DNA of 64,000 nucleotides from Auanema rhodensis (taxonomy: Eukaryota; Animalia; Nematoda), in assembly GCA_964057225.1 (NCBI GenBank), contig OZ059898.1:5828001-5892000 (forward strand), read 5' to 3'. Position 1 is the first letter of the stretch, and each line of letters starts with the position of its first letter. Shown here piece by piece: positions 22,301 to 34,000 of the stretch. Both the position numbers and the translations under genes were made by a program. The notes under the pieces are model-generated. The model did not search any database. It saw only the letters and a program-made list of their open reading frames with translations, and was not told where the DNA came from.

Positions 22301-25300
22301 ACAGATGTGATAACCACTACACCACGAGATCGCTGATAGTTCTCTTTTCATAGAAAATCATATTCTGATTAGCTTATGTTTATGACACCAAAATGTTCCG
22401 TCAAGAACAGAAAAATATGACTTCTGATACCTCTGATAAGAGAGAAAATCATATTCTTAATGACTTGTAGCTCTGTTACTTCACTGTAAGTAAAAAAAAC
22501 TAAAACATATGATCTCGGGCGGGCTCGAACCGCCGGCCTTCTGTGTGTTAGACAGATGTGATAACCACTACACCACGAGATCCCTGATAGCTCTATTTTC
22601 ATAGAAAATCATATGCTGATTAGCCTATGGTTATGACACAAAAATATTCTGTCAAGAACTGAAAGATATGACTTCTGATACCTCTGATATGAGAGAAAAT
22701 CATATTCTTAATGACTTGTAGCTCTGTTACTTCACTGTAAGTAAAAAAAACTAAAACATATGATCTCGGGCGGGCTCGAACCGCCGGCCTTCTGTGTGTT
22801 AGACAGATGTGATAACCACTACACCACGAGATCGCTGATAGTTGTCTTTTCATAGAAAATCATATTCTGATTAGCTTATGTTTATGACACCAAAATGTTC
22901 CGTCAAGAACAGAAAAATATGACTTCTGATACCTCTGATAAGAGAGAAAATCATATTCTTAATGACTTGTAGCTCTGTTACTTCACTGTAAGTAAAAAAA
23001 ACTAAAACATATGATCTCGGGCGGGCTCGAACCGCCGGCCTTCTGTGTGTTAGACAGATGTGATAACCACTACACCACGAGATCGCTGTTAGCTCTATTT
23101 TCATAGAAAATCATATTCTGATTAGCTTATGTTTATGACACAAAAATGTTCGGTCAAGAACTGAAAAATATGACTTCTGATACCTTTGATAAGAGAGAAC
23201 ATCATATTCTTAATGACTTGTAGCTCTAATACTTCACTGTAAGTAAGAAAAACTAAAACATATGATCTCGGGCGGGGTCGAACCGCCGGCCTTCTGTGTG
23301 TTAGACAGATGTGATAACCACTACACCACGAGATCGCTGTTAGCTCTATTTTCATAGAAAATCATATTCTGATTAGCTTATGTTTATGACACAAAAATGT
23401 TCGGTCAAGAACTGAAAAATATGACTTCTGATACCTTTGATAAGAGAGAACATCATATTCTTAATGACTTGTAGCTCTAATACTTCACTGTAAGTAAGAA
23501 AAACTAAAACATATGATCTCGGGCGGGCTCGAACCGCCGGCCTTCTGTGTGTTAGACAGATGTGATAACCACTACACCACGAGATCGCTGATACATCTCT
23601 TATCATACGAAATCATATTCTGATTAGCTTATGGTTATGACACAAAAATGTTCGGTCAAGAACTGAAAAATATGATTTCTGATACTTCTGATATGGGAGA
23701 AAATCAAATTCTTATTGACTTGTAGCTCTGATACTTCACTGTAAGTAAGAAAAACTAAAACATATGATCTCGGGCGGGCTCGAACCGCCGGCCTTCTGTG
23801 TGTTAGACAGATGTGATAACCACTACACCACGAGATCGCTGGTAGTTCTCTTTTCATAGAAAATCATATTCTGATTAGCTTATGTTTATGACACCAAAAT
23901 GTTCCGTCAAGAACAGAAAAATATGACTTCTGATACCTCTGATATGAGAGAAAATCATATTCTTAATGACTTGTAGCTCTGTTACTTCACTGTAAGTAAA
24001 AAAAACTAAAACATATGATCTCGGGCGGGCTCGAACCGCCGGCCTTCTGTGTGTTAGACAGATGTGATAACCACTACACCACGAGATCGCTGATAGTTCT
24101 CTTTTCATAGAAAATCATATTCTGATTAGCTTATGTTTATGACACCAAAATGTTCCGTCAAGAACAGAAAAATATGACTTCTGATACCTCTGATAAGAGA
24201 GAAAATCATATTCTTAATGACTTGTAGCTCTGTTACTTCACTGTAAGTAAAAAAAACTAAAACATATGATCTCGGGCGGGCTCGAACCGCCGGCCTTCTG
24301 TGTGTTAGACAGATGTGATAACCACTACACCACGAGATCGCTGTTAGCTCTATTTTCATAGAAAATCATATTCTGATTAGCTTATGTTTATGACACAAAA
24401 ATGTTCGGTCAAGAACTGAAAAATATGACTTCTGATACCTTTGATAAGAGAGAACATCATATTCTTAATGACTTGTAGCTCTAATACTTCACTGTAAGTA
24501 AGAAAAACTAAAACATATGATCTCGGGCGGGCTCGAACCGCCGGCCTTCTGTGTGTTAGACAGATGTGATAACCACTACACCACGAGATCGCTGATACAT
24601 CTCTTATCATACGAAATCATATTCTGATTAGCTTATGGTTATGACACAAAAATGTTCGGTCAAGAACTGAAAAATATGATTTCTGATACTTCTGATATGG
24701 GAGAAAATCAAATTCTTATTGACTTGTAGCTCTGATACTTCACTGTAAGTAAGAAAAACTAAAACATATGATCTCGGGCGGGCTCGAACCGCCGGCCTTC
24801 TGTGTGTTAGACAGATGTGATAACCACTACACCACGAGATCGCTGGTAGTTCTCTTTTCATAGAAAATCATATTCTGATTAGCTTATGTTTATGACACCA
24901 AAATGTTCCGTCAAGAACAGAAAAATATGACTTCTGATACCTCTGATATGAGAGAAAATCATATTCTTAATGACTTGTAGCTCTGTTACTTCACTGTAAG
25001 TAAAAAAAACTAAAACATATGATCTCGGGCGGGCTCGAACCGCCGGCCTTCTGTGTGTTAGACAGATGTGATAACCACTACACCACGAGATCGCTGATAG
25101 TTCTCTTTTCATAGAAAATCATATTCTGATTAGCTTATGTTTATGACACCAAAATGTTCCGTCAAGAACAGAAAAATATGACTTCTGATACCTCTGATAA
25201 GAGAGAAAATCATATTCTTAATGACTTGTAGCTCTGTTACTTCACTGTAAGTAAAAAAAACTAAAACATATGATCTCGGGCGGGCTCGAACCGCCGGCCT

Positions 25301-27648
25301 TCTGTGTGTTAGACAGATGTGATAACCACTACACCACGAGATCGCTGATAGTTCTCTTTTCATAGAAAATCATATTCTGATTAGCTTATGTTTATGACAC
25401 CAAAATGTTCCGTCAAGAACAGAAAAATATGACTTCTGATACCTCTGATAAGAGAGAAAATCATATTCTTAATGACTTGTAGCTCTGTTACTTCACTGTA
25501 AGTAAAAAAAACTAAAACATATGATCTCGGGCGGGCTCGAACCGCCGGCCTTCTGTGTGTTAGACAGATGTGATAACCACTACACCACGAGATCGCTGAT
25601 AGTTCTCTTTTCATAGAAAATCATATTCTGATTAGCTTATGTTTATGACACCAAAATGTTCCGTCAAGAACAGAAAAATATGACTTCTGATACCTCTGAT
25701 AAGAGAGAAAATCATATTCTTAATGACTTGTAGCTCTGTTACTTCACTGTAAGTAAAAAAAACTAAAACATATGATCTCGGGCGGGCTCGAACCGCCGGC
25801 CTTCTGTGTGTTAGACAGATGTGATAACCACTACACCACGAGATCGCTGATAGTTCTCTTTTCATAGAAAATCATATTCTGATTAGCTTATGTTTATGAC
25901 ACCAAAATGTTCCGTCAAGAACAGAAAAATATGACTTCTGATACCTCTGATAAGAGAGAAAATCATATTCTTAATGACTTGTAGCTCTGTTACTTCACTG
26001 TAAGTAAAAAAAACTAAAACATATGATCTCGGGCGGGCTCGAACCGCCGGCCTTCTGTGTGTTAGACAGATGTGATAACCACTACACCACGATATCGCTG
26101 ATACTTCTCTTCTCATACGAAATCATATTCTGATTAGCTTATGGTTATGACACAAAAATGTTCGGTCAAGAACTGAAAAATATGATTTCTGATACTTCTG
26201 ATATGGGAGAAAATCAAATTCTTATTGACTTGTAGCTCTGATACTTCACTGTAAGTAAGAAAAACTAAAACATATGATCTCGGGCGGGCTCGAACCGCCG
26301 GCCTTCTGTGTGTTAGACAGATGTGATAACCACTACACCACGAGATCGCTGGTAGTTCTCTTTTCATAGAAAATCATATTCTGATTAGCTTATGTTTATG
26401 ACACCAAAATGTTCGGTCAAGAACTGAAAAATATGACTTCTGATACCTCTGATAAGAGAGAACATCATATTCTTAATGACTTGTAGCTCTGATACTTCAC
26501 TGTAAGTAAGAAAAACTAAAACATATGATCTCGGGCGGGCTCGAACCGCCGGCCTTCTGTGTGTTAGACAGATGTGATAACCACTACACCACGAGATCGC
26601 TGATAGCTATCTTTTCATAGAAAATCATATTCTGATTAGCTTACGGTTATAACACAAAAATGTTCGGTCAAGAACTGAAAAATATGACTTCTGATACCTC
26701 TGATAAGAGAGAACATCATATTCTTAATGACTTGTAGCTCTGATACTTCACTGTAAGTAAGAAAAACTAAAACATATGATCTCGGGCGGGCTCGAACCGC
26801 CGGCCTTCTGTGTGTTAGACAGATGTGATAACCACTACACCACGAGATCGCTGATAGTTCTCTTTTCATAGAAAATCATATTCTGATTAGCTTATGTTTA
26901 TGACACCAAAATGTTCCGTCAAGAACGGAAAAATATGACTTCTGTTACTTCTGATATGAGAGAAAATCATATTCTTAATGACTTGTAGCTCTAATACTTC
27001 ACTGTAAGTAAAAAAAACTAAAACATATGATCTCGGGCGGGCTCGAACCGCCGGCCTTCTGTGTGTTAGACAGATGTGATAACCACTACACCACGAGATC
27101 ACTGTTAGCTCTATTTTCATAGAAAATCATATTCTGATTAGCTTATGTTTATGACACAAAAATGTTCGGTCAAGAACTGAAAAATATGACTTCTGATACC
27201 TTTGATAAGAGAGAACATCATATTCTTAATGACTTGTAGCTCTAATACTTCACTGTAAGTAAGAAAAACTAAAACATATGATCTCGGGCGGGCTCGAACC
27301 GCCGGCCTTCTGTGTGTTAGATAGATGTGATAACCACTACACCACGAGATCGCTGATAGCCATCTTTTCATAGAAAATCATATTCTGATTAGCTTATGGT
27401 TATGACACAAAAATGTTCCGTCAAGAACTGAAAAACATGACTTCTGATACCTCTGATAAGAGAGAAAATCATATTTTTAATGACTTGTAGCTCTGATACT
27501 TCACTGTGAGTAAGAAAAACTAAAACATATGATCTCGGGCGGGCTCGAACCGCCGGCCTTCTGTGTGTTAGACAGATGTGATAACCACTACACCACGAGA
27601 TCGCTGTTAGCTATCTTTTCATAGAAAATCATATTCTGATTAGCTTAT
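16376..27648 (-). repeat. tRNA-Val(AAC) tandem array, block 2 (about 45 copies)
   Basis: Same 251-bp unit, resuming in register after the TSD. Confidence 0.98.
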
Positions 27649-27919
27649 CGTTCCGTTATGCTCCTGCGTCGATAATATAAACCATTGTAGTTTATACTAA
27701 AGATTTATTGGCATGAAACTACAACAATAATATACAAAGATAAAGATACAATACAATAAGATAAATATAAGTATAAAGACTAAACTACAAGCCGTCCATG
27801 AGCTTGCTAAGAGGCGAACTCCCGACCAAGGGAACGAGGGAAGGCGGAGCCATTCCTCGGTCCTCTGGTCGTCCGGCTCTAACCCTTCAGCTGCATTTAT
27901 GGGGAGTCCGAATGGAACG
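27649..27919 (-). repeat. 3' LTR of the CG-ended element
   Basis: 271 bp; minus-strand AATAAA at 27704-27709; preceded on the minus strand by a weak purine tract GAAAAGGTCA. Confidence 0.9.
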
Positions 27920-30778
27920 TGACCTTTTCAAAGATTTTTCGCGTCCGCGCGATATAAAGAGTTTTTAGTGTATATGTAGCTGAGTTTTAGAGTATAGGAG
28001 TTTACAAAAAAAATTCAAAAGTTTTAAAATCTACATGTAGAAAGATATTTAAATAGTTTTAATAGGTTTCTTTATGGTATTAAGATAGAATTTAAATACA
28101 ATAATAGGTTTTATGTTATTTTGTAACGGAGGATTAGAAAATAAATTTAGTCATTGCAGTGCTGTAATAAAAATATTTCTTTGTTTCATGAATGTGTGAT
28201 TTATGTGAGATAATAAGGAATTATTCAACTTTTTGCGTATATGGTTACTCGTATCCTAATGAATGGGGATAAAGATTTTTAGTTAATAATTTTTTTCGTC
28301 TTCATGTGTCTCTCTGAATGAATCCTTGAGTACTAATGGAGGCTACCACTCAGATGGGGTGTGGCTTAGGCGCCTGCCAATGTTCGTCTCTTCTTGGAGA
28401 TACATATGGAGCTCAGTTTAGCGCAAAATAATATCTCTATCGGTCGTATAGGGTTACGGTAGCCATTTATTTCTATTATATTTTTGCTTGTTCCTTATTT
28501 TTGTTTGTTTACTTCCTTAATCTCTCATCAAAAATTTTCTAATTCACCGTTACTTTCATTTTACAATTTACAGAAAAGAAAAGAATGTATATAAAGTTTT
28601 TTCTGTCGTCGGCTATGATGAAGTCCGGATCTTCGTCGGTGTCGTCAGAAGGTGAATATGTGCCTTCTCGGGGAGTATAGAATTTGTCGACTTGCGGCTT
28701 CGGCTTCTCGTCTGGTTGGTGCGGTTTTTCTATTTGAACACTGAGAAGTCGGGTACGGCTTCCGGTACGACTTGCGACAGTAGCGTCACTGTTGATATCG
28801 GACGGGTAAAGGGCTCGGAAAGCCGATGAGAATCTTTTGGCCACCTTTGTAGGACTTTTGGTTTGGAAAAACCGAGAATGGTGAGCTACGTGTGGGATGT
28901 TGACGCAAGGTGCGTTAGATTCTTTTAGATGTGTGTTGGGAGAGAGAAAGATTCGGGAGCAATAGGATAGTCATGCTTTGCTGGGCGATGCGGAGGGTAA
29001 ATGAGAGGGAGTTTTTCAAATCCTGGCCAGGAATCTGACTCCGCCTATCTACCGTAAGCTTATTATAGTTAATGATGTTTATCTCTTCGCAAAAACTATT
29101 TTTATCCGCTCTTGCACTTTCCTCTAATTTTGTTTTCTTACTGCTCTAGAATCTTTAAAAAAAACTTTATTCATGTCGTCCCCTTTGTACTTTTGCGGCC
29201 TTTGGACATTTATTTTAAGGTTAGAAACAAAAGAAAAGAAAAGATAGAAAGAAAAAAATGGATTTCCAACGTTATAATCCCACTGGCATGACTTAAGTCC
29301 TGTGGAAATTATACGAATCCATCGTTGAGTACGATGGAGAAGGAGTTTTGGCTTATAGGCTAAATCTTGATATAATTTTAATGGTTCGTGTATCTCCATT
29401 TTATGTTTGATTATTTGATTACTTTAGTTTATCGAAGATCTTCAAATGTATTATTTGGGGCAGGGCCATATAAACTTTGCCACCTTCGTAGATGTAGCTC
29501 CCGAAGTGGAGCTTGTTGGTCGGAGGTGCTTAGTTGATCTATGCGCTCATATATATAATGGTAGGGCCGGTTTATTAACCGCACGTCCTTGGGCCTGGTA
29601 CCAGGAAAAGAGTCATTTTTATTATTATTTTTTATATAGATTATTGTTTAAAATCTATATTGTTTATGATGACTCATTATTTGGTTTGGAACTTAGGGTT
29701 TCGCGAGGTTTAGAATATAGTGAAGATTTAATTGCGAGCGAAACTCCTATGTTTCTTGCCTCTGAGTTTCGAACTCGGTTGCAAATCAAATACGGGTATT
29801 GACTGAACAAAGCTTGTACTCTGTGTTTTTTTTTTGTGCACTTTGCACTGTTTTCGTCAAGAAAATGGCCTTATGTGTTTTTCAATCTTGTCCTCATTCC
29901 TTTTTCCTTAAATAGCATGTTTTGCTCAAAATGTTTTCGACATTGTGCATGCTAATGAGGTTCGAGGAGAGTTATTGAAAAGGCTGTCCCTTTTCTTGAT
30001 CAAAATAAGCAAAAGTGCGTTTTCCTAAGCGAATTTCTTTTTGAAAATGAGAAAAATACGTCTATTTTTGAACATTTCCAAATAACTTAGGATTACTGTA
30101 GGAGATAAGGGGTATCTTATGAGTTGAAACAACGAAATGATTTGAGGAAAGTGACATAATCTACGGGGATAAAATCCGTAGCAGTTATGCTTCCGCCAAC
30201 TTGACCTGACTGTCAATTAAGAGCTGAGAAGTCTTATTGCAGGTTTACCAGGCTTTTTCGGACTAGTGTGGTCTCTTTTTATATTCAATTTATGTAACCG
30301 TTTTTGGTTTCCCGCAAAATAATATGTTAAATGGTCTTTTACGTCTGAATATAATAATATTTCAAAATTCTAGTCCTGACCACAAAATATACAAACTATA
30401 ATCAATTGCGCGCGTCTTATAAATTTTTGTTCCAATAATCAAACTTCTCTATGCCCAAAAAAAATGTGAACAACTATAATTTCTCGTTTGGCGAAATTGT
30501 CCTCTATTTCAATCCAAACGTCCTCAAAATAGCATGAGAAGCAGTACAAGATACGATAAAGAAAAGGGTGGACATTCAGACGGTTTTAAATTGAGGACGG
30601 CGGGCAAAAACTTTTATTGGTCCTATCTCGCATTTAAGCGAGATTCCTTGTATCTGTACCTTTAAACAAATTGGCGCCTTCATTTTGTTGTTTCAAGTGG
30701 AGGATTTATAATTTAGAATGCAAAAATGGACTTTTACAATAAAAAAAAAATTTTTTTTTGTTCAAAAGATGAGTTCGA

Positions 30779-30791
30779 GGTGGAACCTCCA
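30779..30791 (-). other. Primer-binding site complementary to the 3' end of tRNA-Gln
   Basis: Minus strand TGGAGGTTCCACC directly abutting the 5' LTR; complementary to ...GGTGGAACCTCCA. Confidence 0.85.
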
Positions 30792-31062
30792 CGTTCCGTT
30801 ATGCTCCTGCGTCGATAATATAAACCATTGTAGTTTATACTAAAGATTTATTGGCATGAAACTACAACAATAATATACAAAGATAAAGATACAATAAAAT
30901 AAGATTAATATAAGTATAAAGACTAAACTACAAGCCGTCCATGAGCTTGCTAAGAGGCGAACTCCCGACCAAGGGAACGAGGGAAGGCGGAGCCATTCCT
31001 CGTTCCTCTGGTCGTCTGGCTCTAACCCTTCAGCTACATTTATGGGGAGTCCGAATGGAACG
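30792..31062 (-). repeat. 5' LTR of the CG-ended element
   Basis: 271 bp; five substitutions versus 27649-27919 counted by eye. Confidence 0.9.
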
Positions 31063-34000
31063 TTATGTTTATGACACAAAAAATGTTCGGTCAAGAACTG
31101 AAAAATATGACTACTGATACCTGTGATATAAAAGAAAGTCATATTCTTAATGACTTGTAGCTCTAATACTTCACTGTAAGTAATAAAAACTAAAACATAT
31201 GATCTCGGGCGGGCTCGAACCGCCGGCCTTCTGTGTGTTAGACAGATGTGATAACCACTACACCACGAGATCGCTGTTAGCTCTCTTTTCATAGAAACTC
31301 ATATTCTGATTAGCTTATGGTTATGTCACAAAAATATTCCGTCAAGAACTGAAAAATATGACTACTGATACCTCTGATATAAAAGAAAGTCATATTCTTA
31401 ATGACTTGTAGCTCTAATACTTCACTGTAAGTAATAAAAACCAAAACATATGATCTCGGGCGGGCTCGAACCGCCGGCCTTCTGTGTGTTAGACAGATGT
31501 GATAACCACTACACCACGAGATCGCTGTTAGCTCTCTTTTCATAGAAAATCATATTCTGATTAGCTTATGGTTATGTCACAAAAATATTCCGTCAAGAAC
31601 TGAAAAATATGACTACTGATACCTCTGATCTGAGAGAAAATCATATTCTTAATGACTTGTAGCTCTGATACTTCACTGTAAGTAATAAAAACTAAAACAT
31701 ATGATCTCGGGCGGGCTCGAACCGCCGGCCTTCTGTGTGTTAGACAGATGTGATAACCACTACACCACGAGATCGCTGTTAGCTCTCTTTTCATAGAAAA
31801 TCATATTCTGATTAGCTTATGGTTATGACACAAAAATGTTGGGTCAAGAACTGAAAAATATGACTACTGATACCTCTGATATGAGAGAAAATCATATTCT
31901 TAATGACTTGTAGCTCTGATACTTCACTGTAAGTAATAAAAACTAAAACATATGATCTCGGGCGGGCTCGAACCGCCGGCCTTCTGTGTGTTAGACAGAT
32001 GTGATAACCACTACACCACGAGATCGCTGTTAGCTCTCTTTTCATAGAAAATCATATTCTGATTAGCTTATGGTTATGTCACAAAAATATTCCGTCAAGA
32101 ACTGAAAAATATGACTACTGATACCTCTGATATAAAAGAAAGTCATATTCTTAATGACTTGTAGCTCTAATACTTCACTGTAAGTAATAAAAACTAAAAC
32201 ATATGATCTCGGGCGGGCTCGAACCGCCGGCCTTCTGTGTGTTAGACAGATGTGATAACCACTACACCACGAGATCGCTGTTAGCTCTCTTTTCATAGAA
32301 AATCATATTCTGATTAGCTTATGGTTATGTCACAAAAATATTCCGTCAAGAACTGAAAAATATGACTACTGATACCTCTGATATAAAAGAAAGTCATATT
32401 CTTAATGACTTGTAGCTCTAATACTTCACTGTAAGTAATAAAAACTAAAACATATGATCTCGGGCGGGCTCGAACCGCCGGCCTTCTGTGTGTTAGACAG
32501 ATGTGATAACCACTACACCACGAGATCGCTGTTAGCTCTCTTTTCATAGAAAATCATATTCTGATTAGCTTATGGTTATGTCACAAAAATATTCCGTCAA
32601 GAACTGAAAAATATGACTACTGATACCTCTGATATAAAAGAAAGTCATATTCTTAATGACTTGTAGCTCTAATACTTCACTGTAAGTAATAAAAACTAAA
32701 ACATATGATCTCGGGCGGGCTCGAACCGCCGGCCTTCTGTGTGTTAGACAGATGTGATAACCACTACACCACGAGATCGCTGTTAGCTCTCTTTTCATAG
32801 AAAATCATATTCTGATTAGCTTATGGTTATGACACAAAAATGTTGGGTCAAGAACTGAAAAATATGACTACTGATACCTCTGATATGAGAGAAAATCATA
32901 TTCTTAATGACTTGTAGCTCTGATACTTCACTGTAAGTAATAAAAACTAAAACATATGATCTCGGGCGGGCTCGAACCGCCGGCCTTCTGTGTGTTAGAC
33001 AGATGTGATAACCACTACACCACGAGATCGCTGTTAGCTCTCTTTTCATAGAAAATCATATTCTGATTAGCTTATGGTTATGACACAAAAATGTTGGGTC
33101 AAGAACTGAAAAATATGACTACTGATACCTAAAAACTAAAAATATGACTACTGATACCTCTGATATAAAAGAAAGTCATATTCTTAATGACTTGTAGCTC
33201 TAATACTTCACTGTAAGTAATAAAAACTAAAACATATGATCTCGGGCGGGCTCGAACCGCCGGCCTTCTGTGTGTTAGACAGATGTGATAACCACTACAC
33301 CACGAGATCGCTGTTAGCTCTCTTTTCATAGAAAATCATATTCTGATTAGCTTATGGTTATGTCACAAAAATATTCCGTCAAGAACTGAAAAATATGACT
33401 ACTGATACCTCTGATCTGAGAGAAAATCATATTCTTAATGACTTGTAGCTCTAATACTTTTCTGTAAGTAAGAAAAACTAAAACATATGATCTCGGGCGG
33501 GCTCGAACCGCCGGCCTTCTGTGTGTTAGACAGATGTGATAACCACTACACCACGAGATCGCTGCTAGCTCTCTTTTCATAGAAAATCATATTCTGATTA
33601 GCTTATGGTTATGACACAAAAATGTTGGGTCAAGAACTGAAAAATATGACTACTGATACCTCTGATATGAGAGAAAATCATATTCTTAATGACTTGTAGC
33701 TCTGATACTTCACTGTAAGTAATAAAAACTAAAACATATGATCTCGGGCGGGCTCGAACCGCCGGCCTTCTGTGTGTTAGACAGATGTGATAACCACTAC
33801 ACCACGAGATCGCTGTTAGCTCTCTTTTCATAGAAAATCATATTCTGATTAGCTTATGGTTATGACACAAAAATGTTCCGTCAAGAATTGAAAAATATGA
33901 CTACTGATACCTCTGATATGAGAGAAAATCATATTCTTAATGACTTGTAGCTCTAATACTTCACTGTAAGTAAGAAAAACTAAAACATATGATCTCGTGC

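Larger units (their letters stand above)
27649..31062 (-). mobile_element. Non-autonomous LTR retroelement (3.4 kb) with CG...CG termini
   Basis: 271-bp direct repeats bounded by CGTTCC...GGAACG; TTAT duplicated at 27645-27648 and 31063-31066; tRNA-Gln PBS; no recognisable gag/pol in the 2.87-kb interior. Confidence 0.88.

Noticed and set aside
27645-31066. piggyBac-like DNA transposon (TTAA-like target)
   Set aside because: Long direct repeats and a PBS fit an LTR element; the target is TTAT and there are no long TIRs or transposase.
30840-31292. 150-aa fusion ORF
   Set aside because: Chance read-through from an array unit into the LTR.
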